A stretch of 64,000 nucleotides of DNA from Pecten maximus (lineage: Eukaryota). Positions 14,468 through 28,380 of this stretch are shown here, piece by piece; within the stretch, counting starts at the first letter, position 1, and every line of letters starts with the position of its first letter. The position numbers and the translations under genes are program-made. Below the pieces are notes generated by a model. That model did no database searches. It was given only the letters and a program-made list of their open reading frames with translations, and had not been told where the DNA came from. The stretch spans positions 12,090,001-12,154,000 of the forward strand of contig NC_047025.1 of assembly GCF_902652985.1 (NCBI RefSeq). The letters run 5' to 3'.

Positions 14468-17400
14468 ATGTTCATGTTTGCACACATCCTCCTGTCATTC
14501 CAAGGTAAGGAACCTGTTTAGTTTTCCTCTAGATTATAATGAATGATTAAATATTGATGATAGCAAATAAGAACATGCAAAAATAGTTCTATTAATTAAT
14601 TTATTTTTAATTATTCGTGTGCATGGCTTTTCGATTTAAAAATTGGAAGATTCGCATTCCAAAAAAAGATGTTATGACATATCAACTGTATTAGCGCGTC
14701 TGTGTCATCAGACAAGACACAGTTGTATGATGTCGTCTAGTGAGTTAGCCACCAGTTACTACAAGTACTGTTCAACATACATATTGCTATTAGAAAATAT
14801 TCGAAGATGATTATGCGTTTTGCCTTACAGCATGGATTTGTGATAGCATTGATGTATAGCGAGACTGTTTACACTGTGACAGGCTTTAGCGCGTCATAAC
14901 AATTGACGTCGTACTATCATTCTTAGAACTCGTGGTCAAAATAATCATCTATCGTGAGTTTCCTTTTTTAAATGTATTGGATTGATGATGTGAGTTTTGA
15001 ATCGTTATTGAGCCTTTTATCATGAAAAATAGAAGAATTAAAAAAAGATCCAAAAATCTGATAAGAAAGGGTCGAATGACATTTTCTATTTTCCAAATGA
15101 CTCATGGTAGACATTTTTGTACCATTGTTTTTGTTCTACAAGGTGATAGGTCAGCTGTTTAATTCTGCGTCATTTTGACCGCGTCAGTTAATCGGTCGAG
15201 TGCACATTTGCCAGAAAACTCGTTTTCAAATTTAAAATCTAAAGGAAAAAGCGTACATTTTTGCAAGTGAGAAAAACGAAATAAAAAGTCTTTAAATTAT
15301 AAAGAACACATGCGACTATTTATAATATTACGTCACAGATTGATTACTTAATTGGATACACTAGATGAGTCTTATGCTGGCCCATCATCGGGTGGATTCT
15401 TCTCCCTTAGACTTTCGGCGTTTCCATCGACAACCTCCAGAGGTGCGTCGGCTGAGTTTATTATACATCCCAACCAGAGACCAGTCGGTTCTCGCTTCCG
15501 CTTTTTGTAACTATGTGTCGCATATCTCCTCACGTGTTGCATTAAATCGGGCAGTGATGTCTGACTGCCTCTTGTTACCTTGTGGTTTGTACTTTATCTG
15601 ATGATCTCTCCACATTTCCTTCCCTTTCCTCGATATCCAGCTGAAAGCAACCCCTACCTACCTACTTGCCGACATTATTCGGTTCCTCCAGTATGCCAAT
15701 GTGACGTCTAGTAGTTCTAAGACTTACCAGGCTGATTTACCAGAGAATCCCCCACATTCGACCTTTATAAGCAGACACCATTTCCTCCATCCTTGCTCTT
15801 GACAACCCTCCACTAGCTGCTGGTATTTTTATCGCTTTCGCACATTGCTCTTTTCCATCCTATTTTCACATTGGACAGTTAATTCGGCCAACGGTACTTG
15901 CTTGCAGCTGCGGCCTTGATTCCTCATCTATAATATCGGAATTCTGCCGTAGTCATGTCACTTCTTTCCCGTTTGTAAACTTTGATCTGGTGATGGCTCC
16001 TCGACTGAGGCGCTCTAATGCCACAGTCACAACAATATCCCCGTGCTGCAGTCTTGACTATTTTTATCAGTGCCTGTTTGGAGTCCTACTTCCTTCTTGT
16101 TGTGGTTCCTGAGCTGAACAAGCCTACATTGCTGAAGCTCCGAGGTACGCGCAGTCATCGCCGAAGGTAACCGCAAATCGTCTTCTCTTTTGTCTCTTCT
16201 CTTTGATCATTTGACCAAACGAGTCCGAAAAGCACACCGGGCTGATAGTCCAAGCCTTGAACTTCCCCGGAGGTCCACTTTCATCAATTGTTTTCAATCA
16301 AATACTCCGCCTGCTTTCTCATATTGACGACGCTGTTCCTGTTCTTTAATTAACGTTATATAATTAGCAGAACCTCTTCACTGGCTTCACTTTAACTGTC
16401 GATATGTCTTTTCCTTTGATTGTGAAACTTTCCTCCATCACTTTGTGCTTTCAGTGCATAACCCTGGAACATGATTTATTTGAATTTTATTCGTGCCAAT
16501 GTGACCATCTCATCCAGATGACATAAGACCTATTTTCCTCCCAATACGACCTTTGTTTTCACCGGCATATCCATGAAGATCTGGTTGATGGTTGTATGAT
16601 GCCTGAATCATGCAAGGGCTTTTGCACATCTTCGTGACAGCTTTGAAAGTCAATTACATGACACCTGCTACGAAAGCACACCTGCCAATAGGCATTAACT
16701 GTCGCTGTCATACAGGACCGTCCGACCGCGATTTTCACAGCTAATTATTTACATGTATCACTGCTATAGTGAATGTATTCAAAATTCCCTAAATGGTGAG
16801 AGTCGAGCTAACTTTTAGCAATGTTTTGAATCGTGCTACATGCTGTTATTGAGGAGTGTCAGCTGATTAATCTGTGTTACCAAAAATAGGTCATTCCAGG
16901 CGTAACATAATTCAAATGGTATCAACTTATCACAACATAGGTTATATAGCACGTATTGTATAGAAGCTTAAATTAAAATAATTGCATTATTAAATGGCGA
17001 AGCATAGTAGTCACCTGATAAAATATGCAAATAATGCCGTAAATATGTTTCTTTCAATTGTTATTGGATGACTTTTAGTTAAAATTTGAGTCATGTCATA
17101 TTACATTTGAATTGAAGAGGGAGCATCGATCTTGTTGCAAGGAAAATAAATTTCAAAACTTAATTCGTTTTCTTGCTGTCGATTATAAAAGTCTATAATT
17201 AAAAAAAAACTATCTCAAAACCACATTAAGTCTGATTTCTTTAAAAAGATGAATGCTTGTGTAAAGTTGTAAACAATCGTGAATTATATAATATTGTTGA
17301 TGTGTTTCACAGTGGTGTTGGCAAGTGGTCAAATTGTCCTAGAAAACAACAGTGGACTTGAAAACTGGTTCCCAAACACTGCTTTGACAACCGTTGGCGT

Positions 17401-19434
17401 AGTAGATTCAGTTATTGAATGCGGCATGCTGTGTAAAGAGGCCGGGTGTATGTCTATTGTTTACGAGACAATAGACAGGATCTGCCACCTCAGCGAAAGA
17501 ATCCTCAGGGACACAACTAATTGTTCATTGAAGCTGAATACTGAACATTATTCAGGTATGGATTGACATACATAAATTACGGTTGCATATATGGATTGAA
17601 TAGATTTTTTAAATTTTCATTGTCGTTATGAATACCAGTAGCTAGCTACATATCCCGTGGCGCGTGGTAGCGCGTCTCGGAGGATATGTAGTTACGTGTA
17701 GCTACTGGTATTCATAACGCAATGAAAATTTAAAAACATATATTCAATTCATATATTTACATAACCTTTATTTAAAAAATTCATATCGAGAAAACGAGAA
17801 AGTTTATTGAAAAGAAAAATTTGTCATGTATACAACGAAATGCCAAATTATTAGAACAGCCTGGAGATCCCGCCTATGCACCATCGTTTACAGTGTCCTT
17901 CCGCTCCGCAGTTTGCAGTAGTTTATTTATTTATTTTTTGCTTGTTATTTAAAACAAAGAGACATGAAATAACATCGAATACAATAATTTGTGTTAAATT
18001 AGATTTAATTGATGTAAATAGATTACAAAGCAAGCACAATTTACGGAAATGAAACGAGGACTACCAATTACTTGGTTTCTTCTTGAATCTTGAGTCACTG
18101 TTAGTATTGCTTGTACATATATAGCAGGTTCATGATGTATTTTGGACTTTATATGATTTTCAAGATGACCAGCAGCCGCTATGCCGTATTCTGCCATTCA
18201 AAATACATTACTGCCATTTCACGCGTTCAGTATATGTCCCGATAATTATCTATCCAAATACTTCTAAGATATATAGTTGTACAGTAATTATAGTCGTCGT
18301 TTTGGAAATTTTAGCACCACAATTCTCCAAGATGGAGCACAGGTCAGTCGCAAATCCGGACACTGTAAGGTTATTGCCGAACGTTGAACAGTCTTCAATA
18401 TCTCAATTTTGCATTACAATAACGGCGTCAAAACAACTTTTGAATGCTATACAAAGGTTCTTAGTTTTTCGCGTGTTACGATCCCTGCAATTACATATAG
18501 TGAAGTAATATAGAAAAATGCAAGTAAAAATAATAGCGAAATTATATAGAAAATGGATGACTTATTACCTAATTCTATGTTTAATATCTTACAGTTGTCA
18601 GTGGAACCATCAATGGCTACAATTGTGACATAGTTGACGACAGTTGCCTGAAATTGTTGTCTAATAAACGGACATGGTCATTCGCAAGTGCGGAATGTGC
18701 TTCCGAAGGGGCAACACTCCTCTATATCGATAGCAACAGTGAGCAACTGGCCATTCAACAGTTCATGGCAGACCAAGGTAATGGGAATATTTTTAGTAAT
18801 GTAGAAGTAATTGTGTCATGATTGGGATTATAATAGATCATTTGACATAGAAGACTTTGCTAAGGACTCCTGGACTTCGACATTAAGATTGCTCTAGATG
18901 TAAATGTTTGTAAGTTAACGTATTCGTCTAAATTATCAAAATGTTATTGGTAAGAGCCTTTTTGTGTTGCTATGCTTTCTCGTTTTGTCATTATGGATAT
19001 GATGCTATGCAGACTAAAAAGTTGCATTTCATTTGTATGGACGGTATTGTTATGAAAGAGCAGACAAATTGCTCGGTCGATCGGTGCCAATTTTGCTGAT
19101 AACTACAAAGGTCTAATATTATGTTGATGGATTGAAGATTTAATGTTATGCATTTGAAAGTTTATTTTTCGTAATGTACACTTCATATTTCATTTTAGGA
19201 CTTTCTAATGTCTGGCTAGGAATTAATGACGTCACAGTGGAGGGTGACTGGAGAAACGAGGATGGAACCAAACCAAGTGCTTACAATAACTTTAAACTTG
19301 GGCAACCCGATGATCAATTCCCAGGTCAAGACTGTGGGAAAGTGAGGGAAAAAGATGGATATGAGTGGGATGATGACAAATGTATAAACGTGGACAGTGT
19401 CATATGTGAAATCAAAAAGGTTGGTTTTCCGTAA
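14468..19434 (+). CDS. Secreted PAN/Apple-domain + C-type lectin protein, copy A (232 aa)
   Basis: Exons 14468-14504, 17313-17555, 18595-18777 and 19199-19434, all GT-AG and phase 1, total 699 nt. Signal peptide MFMFAHILLSFQVVLASG; PAN-type C-x3-C-x4-C...C pattern; CTLD with WLGIND, QPD, WDD and conserved Cys. AATAAA at 19485. Confidence 0.9.
15365..16680 (-). mobile_element. Degenerate HERO-like (restriction-like endonuclease class) non-LTR retrotransposon relic in intron 1 of copy A
   Basis: Minus-strand remnants in order: QPSTR..FMD (16569-16577), VLCHLDEMVTLARIKFK (16479-16529), LKTIDESGPPGKFKAW (16250-16297). These match remembered HERO-type RT motifs QPPIRAFMDD, LITWARMSFKP and VDKSGLPGKFKAW. 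Many stops and frameshifts; boundaries approximate. Confidence 0.65.
17587..17756. repeat. Long imperfect palindrome, probably the end of a foldback element
   Basis: ATATGGATTGAATA...TAAATTTTCATTG..GTTATGAATACCAGTAGCTA is mirrored by TAGCTACTGGTATTCATAACGCAATGAAAATTTA...TATTCAATTCATAT. Confidence 0.75.
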
Positions 19435-20450
19435 GACAAGCAACTAAAACATGCGAACAGAAATTGTGTCCGTATGTATTTTAGAATAAAGTCCTATTGA
19501 AGTAAAGGGAGTAACGCAGTATATTCTGACGTTGATTATCTCCTCTGTGAAACGAAAGTTGTTTCCCGGTAGTTAAGCATCTGGAATATATTGGTTAGTT
19601 AGCCTCATGTTTTGTAGATGTGAATTTTTGTTTATAAGAAAGAGATAATTTTCCTTGTTTTTATTCGTTGTAAAATGCCGATGTCATTTGTTCCAATTCA
19701 TACATTATTTCTTTTGAAAACCACTTCTGGAGCCTGTGCTCGACATCTCAACCTACTTGTTCTGGGCCATTCTTCAAAGTACTGGGACATCTGTAACCTG
19801 TGGATAGTTTTCAGTGACAACTTCTGGAAATAAAAACAGATGTTTTAAAAAACAATGTATTGTCAAGCGAAAGACTGTCACTTATCTTGTCTTTACTTTA
19901 TAAAGATGTACATTCGGTTTTACATTGTCGTTAGATGAAGCAAAACAACTAGCCTGAAAATTGAAAAATAGTACACATCTTTTAGAAATGTAAAACAGTG
20001 TCAGCATTAAAATTGAATGTATTGAATTGAGATTTGAAAAATATTTCATGGCCACACTATGAATCTGACGACTGGGACATCGTCAAGTCTCGACACTTAT
20101 TGTTTGCTTGTTGATTCGGAGTGTAACTGCAGTTATGTAAACTTCGATGCATGGACTATCGAATATTAAAAAGTAAACGAATGTTAGAAAATGATTAATA
20201 CTTATTTGTTTTCTGTTGTCGTCATTGAAACCCAAAACAGCGCCGCCTAATGCTTCCGGTATAATTTGTTTTTCAGTTCAAATAGACTCACCGATGTTAT
20301 CTGTATAAGATATAATTTCAAAAATGTTTTATGAAATGACGTGTTTATAAAGTGTAAGTTTTTTTATATTTACATTGGGTTAACTACATATTTTACTTGG
20401 TGCGCTAACGCGCACGCGTGCCACACAACATGTAGTAACCCCATAATACA

Positions 20451-20864
20451 ATTTAATTAAAATATAGATGCTCATTTAGATGAACATCTAACGACATCGC
20501 ACAAGGGGTCACGTTCTGGTGTCCTTTGTTATCTCAATATTTCACTTTCAGGACGAATTGTCAATTTTTCGATGTCATCAATCTCACCCATTCGTCACAT
20601 CTTACATCTGAAGCTAACCATTTCGGTACAGCATGTATATAGCTACATGCTTCGTTCGACGAAATGGCTGGGAACACATTGACAGATTATGCGTGTTACG
20701 CACTCTAGTCTTGCTATTTCGCACACACGAAGTTCACTTCCAAGATTCTGTAAGTAGAAATTTAATTGAATAATCCAAGAGGTCATCCTAATGTGACCCG
20801 TTGTACGATGTCGTTACATGCTCATGTAACGTATTGAGAATGACAATCTAGATTTTGATTAGAT
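20451..20864. mobile_element. Old MITE with imperfect long TIRs
   Basis: ATGAACATCTAACGACATCGCACAAGGGGTCACGTT (~20480-20515) is the imperfect reverse complement of AATGTGACCCGTTGTACGATGTCGTTACATGCTCAT (~20790-20825); similarity extends outward. Confidence 0.5.
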
Positions 20865-21946
20865 TGCTCAAAATTAATAATAATAGTAAAAAAAAAAAAC
20901 TAAAATAAAACAACTACAAAACTTTAAATTCTTGTGATCAAATCTAACATACGACGCTGCATCTGGTTAGAATTTTAGAACAAAGATATTAGCCCCTACT
21001 TGACTATGTCAACGAATGACACTTTTAAAGGAGGTGGGAGGAAGAAGAGATTCGATTCACTTTAAGAAAGATTCGACTAAAAACCGGCTAAGAATCCTTA
21101 ATATAAAGGCACTTATCTTTTTGTCGCGTGAAAATGATTTAAAGATCAGATGGACTAAAAGTGATCGAGGTTGTGGAAGATGCATCGGCTGTGAAACGGA
21201 AGTAAGCTTTCTACTCTAGAGTGGTGTTATAACGGTAATTTTGATTGGCCGACCAATGTGGCTAAAATTGTTCGCAGAGTGGACAATCGAGTACTTTTGA
21301 CGTCCGAGGTATCTCCGCATAGAATGTATCGATTATACTTACTTGTGAACATCATGTGATCAATGATTAAACAAATATTTCATTGATCGCCATAATGCAG
21401 GTTTACCATTGCGAAAGACATTATATTATCTGGTGTAAATCACTCTAGTGACAAGGTACATATGTTACACTAAAATAGGCTTGTGTTAAATGCATACATT
21501 AGAGTAGATATCAGACGTCGTTAATACACTAACAACTCATTATATCATAATGGTTGCGGTATTTCAAACATTTTCATCCCGAAAATGCTTTTAACATCAC
21601 TTCTCCTTATCAAGGCAAATGTGTTGTGATGTTTGATATATATGTATACTTCCGGTGAAGTCATCGCTTTCAATGAATAGTCGTTTTCACACAAACGATA
21701 CATAATTAGCAATCGATGGTTGTCAGGTTGCATTTGTGAATGTGGTGTGTGGTGAAATGAACAACTATTATGGACATACGTATGCCTAAGAGAAAAGTCG
21801 GCAACTGATTGACCTTAGCGAGGGAGATGCTATTAATCAGTCTACTACTTAACAGGGCATTGAATGCACAGGTTTGAAGACCATTGAAACATTTATTGGG
21901 TTATTGATATCGTACACAACATGTGTATCGTTTGAAGACTTTCGAC

Positions 21947-24900
21947 ATGTTCATGTTAGCACACATCTTCTTGGCATTACAAGGTAAGGAAATTGTATCT
22001 TTTCGCTTAAATTTTAACGAATTTCTCTGACACTGAATATGCCCAGTTAGAATATTTATATATATATATATATATATAATTAAAAATATATAATGTCCTT
22101 GTGATGGGTATACATAGTAATAATAATAAAAAAAAAAACCCCAGAAATTCACACTAGCGCTTTCAACATGCTTTGAGAGCATGTTGAAAGCGCTAGTGTG
22201 AATTTCTGGTTTGTGTTTTTTTTATTATTATTACGATATATATATATATATACAAATGTATCAGTATATTTCCTTTAAGTGATTAGTTTTTGTTTTGTAT
22301 TTTTCATTCGTTTACATGGTTATTCGATTTCAACCTTGGACGTTTCGCATTTCCACGTGGTTGTATCAAAAGGTAAGACACGTTGATGTGATGCGCAATG
22401 AGGTAGCCATCATCTACTAAAAGTCATCTTAAATATACATATTGATATTAGAAAATAATCTTAGTTGATATCACGCTTAGCCTTGCAGTGGTAATAAGTG
22501 GTAGTAGAATCTATTAAAAATGTTTATCGCCGTGACTTTTGTTATTGTGGTATCATAAACCAAAGACTTCATACTACCTTAAAACTTCTGTTCGTGTTTT
22601 TTATATCAATATGAAACATTAATTTGACTAAGAGAATTGCTTAGCTAAGGTTGCAATATACATATATATATACATATATATCATATATAGATATTATATT
22701 AGCTAAGTATCAGCTATCATGAGTTTCCATTCATAAATGTAACGAGTTTTGAATTTTCATTGAGCATTTGTTGAGCAAAACTAAAGAAGGAAATAGAAAA
22801 GGAGAACATCACAAATCAAATACGAAGTGAAACAAAAGAGAGATTATATTTATCAGATGACTCATAATAGTTACAACTGTACCGTTTTGTGTGCTAAACA
22901 GACAGATAGCCCAGCTATCTTAGCCGCCGCCATTTTTATCCAATCACTAACAAGAGACCAAGAGTCACAGCTTTCTATTAAAACTGAGCAGGTACTACTA
23001 ATAATATATATATTTACACTTGCAAAGTTTTGTCACTATATAACAATACCAGACCGATTTGTTTACCATTCTTGCATGGAAACATTGACCTTTGAACTTG
23101 CGTATGAAAATATGACAGGGTACGGGAACTACTTTCGCCAAGCACATGGCTTTGTTTACATTTACAATTTAAGTTACAAAGGGCTATTTTTTTATTTGAA
23201 ATCTAACATGTTTGACAATATTAAATATGATAATCTATCAAAATGTTTTGATTATTTATGTTAATATCATAATAAAAAACAGAACTATTTTTTACCGCGG
23301 AAAAAAAGTCTCAATTTGTTGTGAAGCGTCACCATTGGCTGTTCTAATAATTGACTCCTCCCACTGTGTACGACTTTTATATGATGTTTTTATTTTCTAG
23401 CGCGCCCCATAGAATATATTCTTAGAGGAATTGCTCCATAAAAGCATGGTTAACATAAAAGTGAAATCCAATCCCTATTTAGACAGCTAATATGTAAATA
23501 TCTTAATTTAGAGACACGTGTACACAATACTTAAATGATACATAATGTACGAGGTATACCTGGAGAATGTTACCCCTTCCTCACTAAATCATCTGTATAT
23601 GCAAACAAAAATGTTTCCTGTTTTTTTTGTATACAATGGTCGTAGATGTAGACTTCACATATAAATACGAGCTGTCAAACTTTCATGGTTAATTTTTACT
23701 GTCAATAAGTTTGAATTGAATCAAATCGTTGATGTATTTCACAGTGTTGTTTGCAAGTGGTCAAGTGATCCTCGAAAGGAACAGTGGACTTGAAAACTGG
23801 TTTCCAAACAATGTTTTGACAACCTTGGGCGTAGTAAAATCAGCGATTGAGTGCGGAATATTGTGCAAACAGGCGGAATGTATGTCTATTGTTTACGAGA
23901 CAATAGACAGGATCTGTCATCTCAATGATAGAGTCACTAATAACGTCTCTGATTATTCATGGAAGCTGAACACTCGACATTACTCAGGTATCAAATAAAT
24001 GGGTACCTGTAAAGTGCGAAACGAAAGCAAACCGAAACGAAACGAAATCAAACGCAACGAAACGAAATCAAACGAAACGAAACGAAATCAAGCGAAACGA
24101 AAAATGAGTTATTGGAAGAATGAAAACATAAAATTAGACTGTACATACTGTAGGCCTAAGTGTCCAATTCTCATCTCATTTATTGCTTTGTGTGTTTGGT
24201 TGCCAAGATTTACGGAGAAAATGTAGAACTGAAAAGCTGAAAGTACCGGAAATTCGTACAGCTTCCGGCACGAAAATATTTCAACTCCAAGCAGACGATG
24301 CTTTCGATGTGTTGAATTCGACACTTGAGCGAACCCTACGGCGTGAGGAGAGCTTCGCTCTTATTAATAGGTCTGCCAATCGGGTAGTGTATTGGATGTA
24401 CAAACATTTTGTATATTAAACATTTGATTCATTTAAAAATAACCACAAATTTATTGATTAAATATCTTTTTGCCAATAACAATATAATCATAATTATATA
24501 CAGTATTTACAACCCACCTGCTATTTAGTGATTACTGATAACCAACTAGATTCATTTTCAAAAAGAATGTACTTTACTGTTGCAATAAGACATTTGCTTT
24601 TCACTCATTAGGGAAACGTAGTTCAACTTGTTAGTATAAGCGTTATCTTAAGCCATTAAGCTTCGTTTTTTAATGCACGTCTGACATTGGGTTTAATGAA
24701 AAGAACAAATAATTCTTTAGAAAATCTACGAGAAAAACTGAAATACAAAAAAAAAAAAAATCCTTTTTCAATCAAAGGTCATCCACTTAACTAATCCAGT
24801 ACTTTAATATTGTCTAAAAGATATCCAGAACTATTCACAGTTCATCAAAGTTACAGAAATAGAGTCGTTCTCTAATGCTTCTATTCTGCCCAGCTCAAAA

Positions 24901-27900
24901 CCAGCAATACGGGAACAGCGCGTTTTTATACGAATCGCGCCTTTCAAGTGCAGCAATTTCCCCTGAAACTCTCATTTTTTACGGTCAGATACACACCTGG
25001 TTTTCCTACTTCAAAAGAATTTGCTTACAATAACCTCTGTCACGTGATTATTAGATCGAGCGTGCACCAATACACAACGCGATTTGCATGCCTATAAATC
25101 GTGGACTAAGCATACTATCTAAACATTGCAATAAATCTATTCTTTACGTGTGTTGTTTTTACACCGATGAGAATGGGACACTTAGGCCTTTGTACAGTCA
25201 TTTTTTTCCATTTTTTCAATGTTTCCTTTTTCGTTTCGTTTGATTTCGTTTCGTTTCGTTTTGCTTGCGTTTCGCACTTTACATGTACCCCAAATAAAAC
25301 GCATTGTTATAATCATGTACATGTATATACATTATTATGTCTGTTTTTCACTTCTGGCATTGCTTTTACTTGCAGCCTTTGTGTAAATTCTATACCTCAG
25401 TTGGATTTGTTTCATGCTGCTTTTCTTCGATAATTTTTTAACGTGTATTTATGTCTAACCTTTTCTTGGATGAAAGGTAAAATGCGTAAATTCTGTCTTA
25501 AAGCCACATACTCCCGAACAACCTACTATTCTAGTTGTACACGTGTATTAATGGCAATCCAAGATGCTCATTTACGCTCTCCCAACATTAAAATGACCAC
25601 TGGCCTGGACTCTTGACCGCGGGAGACATCAGTGTATAAAAAATAACTCGCATTTATATTTATAGCGAGATTTGTCACGGAGCCGAGAACGAGGCTATAA
25701 CAACGTGCACTGCACATAAACTACACACATGGCCGCTATTTACATATCGAGCATACGTGAACTTTGCCTAATAATGCTTTCATTTAAACATATAAACAGA
25801 ATATTCGCGTAATACCCAGGCAACTGAACAAAATAAACAAACATAGTTTACATTTAGATAATATCTATAAAACCTTAGCTCGGTGAAGTTAACAATGTTC
25901 AAAAGCTAACCAGCAATCCAAAAGACGTTCGGGAAAATCGGAATTCGAGTCTATACCTTTTTCTTCTCTCGATAAGTTCCGACGGATCACTTCCTTTCCT
26001 GAGGAAATATAGTCGGGTTTTGCCGATTCCACACACTTTTGCGTCTTTTTTTGGCAGAATCTGTCTGCGTTTTCGCAGGTTCACGGCGTTCTGCCATTTT
26101 GTATGGACTGTGAAACCCGCCGTTGCATTGTGGGATAATTTTCAGAGAAACTTGGTTCGGCAACAACAGCATTAGTTTTAGGAATTCCATGTATACTTTC
26201 ATAAATACACAATTTCTTTCAGTTTCTGATTCATGATAATCTGTACGGTATGCATCATGTCCGAAAACTGTAAAAAGCACAAAATGTAAACATTGATATA
26301 AAGTTTCTTCGTGAGTATGTGGCTTTAACTAATGAAACTATACGTATTACTTTATTTGGATCTTTTTCTGTACATATATCTAGGTACTTCTCACAGAAGT
26401 AGTTTTACGTCAATAATAGTTCGTAGGTTTGGTAAGTTGAGCTCCAAAGTGGAGCTAAAATCGTCTCATGCGAAAGTCACTAATCTGGAGACTGTCATGT
26501 AAGTTTTGAATATTGAACAGACTTAACGTCTGTTTGGCGGGGAAATTCTAACGACAAAAAGACGTTTATACCATACTTATCTAGTAAAATCTAGTGAAAT
26601 GATATAGAAGAATAATTACTTATAATTGATTTTGATATTTACAGTTGTTAGTGGAATCATCAATGGATACGATTGTGACATAATTGACGATAGTTGTCTC
26701 AAAGTATTGTCTTCTAAACTCTCATGGACAGCCGGTAGTGCAGAATGTGGTTCCGAAGGTGCACAACTCCTCAATATCGATAGCAGCAATAAGCAGCTGG
26801 CCATTCAACAGTTCATGGCAGACAAAGGTAATGAGAATATTTGATACTTAATTGTCAGGATAGGGATTACACTGCTAATAAATAAGAGTGATTAAGGTGT
26901 CCCGACACTATATCACTAGCCCTCCACCACTGGGTTGGGAGTTCGAAACCTATGTGGGGCAGTTGCCAGGTACTGACCGTAGGCAGGTGTTTTTTTCTCC
27001 GGGTACTCCGGCTTTCCTCCTCCTCCAACACTAGCACGTCCTTAAATGACCCTGATTGTTAATAGAAAGTTAAACAAAATAAACCAAACAAAAACCAAGG
27101 TCCGCAGGTCTTCGACATTGAAGACGTTACAAAAATAATATGTCGCCTTAAATTCTCGAGTATTGCTTGGTCGCATAAAAAATAGTAAAATATGTAATTC
27201 ACTTCTCACCTACCAAGAATTACTTTTTTCCTTTAATATAAAACAGAACGAAATGCTTTCCTCCTTTTCTTTGCTATAAAATGCCAAGGAGTGATTTTGT
27301 TATTTGATTGAACAGGTTAAACGTCTTCGCACGCCAAGGCCAAGTAATGTCGGTTGTCAAGAAGAAATCAACAGAATAATATAAAACACAGAAAAAGGGC
27401 ATACAGGGAAGGCAGAAAAGGAGGGAATAGTAGGGAAAGAGAGGGAATGTGAAATTAGAGAAATAGAGAGAAAAAAGGAGGAAAACAGAGTCTTTCAGAT
27501 TTGATTCTTGGTCCTTGTCATCAAAGCAGAAGACATACAAAAAAAAAACCAAATTGTGCCTGTTGACACTTTTTATAACCATCAAAATATTATGGAATGC
27601 AGTCTGCCCTTTTCGTTGGGTTGCAAATGTATCCTAATCAGAATAAACATGAAACTAGCCTCCATTCCATAATCTTCCTCTATAACACGAAACGACGATG
27701 CAGTCATATCGCCTCCTGATCGCCTGATTACATATATAATGTATGTCCAGCCATTTTAGCAGAAGAAGTAATATTGTGTCAATTGTGTAAATGGATACAT
27801 CGATCTAATATTATGTCACTGAATTGAAATTATAGTTATTTCCTCCATGTAAATTTCATATTTTATGTTTACTCAGGGCTTGATCATGTCTGGCTGGGAA

Positions 27901-28112
27901 TTAATGACATCACTCAGGAGGGAGACTGGAGGACAGAGGATGGAACAAATCCAATAGCTTACCAAAACTTTAACGCTGGCCAACCCGATAACTACTACCC
28001 AGGTCAAGACTGTGGGTTAATAACACAGAATTTTGGATATCTTTGGGATGACGGGGTCTGTCAACAGTCGGTAAATGTCGTATGTGAAAGGAAAAAAGTT
28101 GGTTCTCTGTAA
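21947..28112 (+). CDS. Secreted PAN/Apple-domain + C-type lectin protein, copy B (232 aa)
   Basis: Exons 21947-21983, 23745-23987, 26645-26827 and 27877-28112, with the same lengths and phases as copy A. Exon 4 (missed by the ORF track) reads GLDHVWLGINDITQEGDW...GQPDNYYPGQDC...WDDGVC...VCERKKVGSL*. Confidence 0.9.
22141..22209. repeat. Perfect 32-bp inverted repeat with 5-nt loop (intron 1 of copy B)
   Basis: CCAGAAATTCACACTAGCGCTTTCAACATGCT-ttgag-AGCATGTTGAAAGCGCTAGTGTGAATTTCTGG, with flanking mirrored A/T and (TAA)n tracts. Confidence 0.9.
24001..25290. mobile_element. Mutator-like non-autonomous TIR element
   Basis: Long TIRs GGGTACCTGTAAAGTGCGAAACG / CGTTTCGCACTTTACATGTACCC with internal (CGAAA)n. 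9-bp TSD CAAATAAAT (23992-24000) / CAAATAAAA (25291-25299). Confidence 0.75.
25502..26324. mobile_element. Kolobok-like non-autonomous TIR element
   Basis: TTAA on both flanks; TIR AGCCACATACTCCCGAA / TTCGTGAGTATGTGGCT (1 mismatch in 17). The purine-purine terminus fits Kolobok rather than piggyBac. Confidence 0.75.
26886..27096 (+). mobile_element. tRNA-derived V-domain SINE (5' clipped)
   Basis: B box GTTCGAAACC, V-type core TTCTCCGGGTACTCCGGCTTTCCTCC, tail CCTTAAATGACCCTG..GTTAATAG, A-rich end. Confidence 0.85.
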
Positions 28113-28326
28113 GTTAAGTAATTTAATTGTGCAAACAGACGTTTTGTCAGAGTATGTAGTAGAGTAACACATCACGTTCATGCGACTTCATCAATGCCGT
28201 ATATGTTAAACGAGGAAAAGTGAAGAATCTGATATCAGTAAACAAAAATCTGATATATTTCAGATAAATTTATCTACGGATATAAGAGAGATGACTTGTT
28301 ATATTCAAACTCGAACAGTGTCAGTT

Positions 28327-28380
28327 GAGGGCTAGTGATAAAGTGTCGTGACGCCTTAACTAATCGGCGACCGCGGCCCC
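28327..28380 (-). mobile_element. 5' head fragment of the same SINE family
   Basis: Reverse complement GGGGCCGCGGTCGCCGATTAGTTAAGGCGTCACGACACTTTATCACTAGCCCTC. Confidence 0.7.

Noticed and set aside
23999-24226. Lys/Arg/Asn-rich ORF
   Set aside because: Translation of the (CGAAA)n tract inside a MITE TIR.
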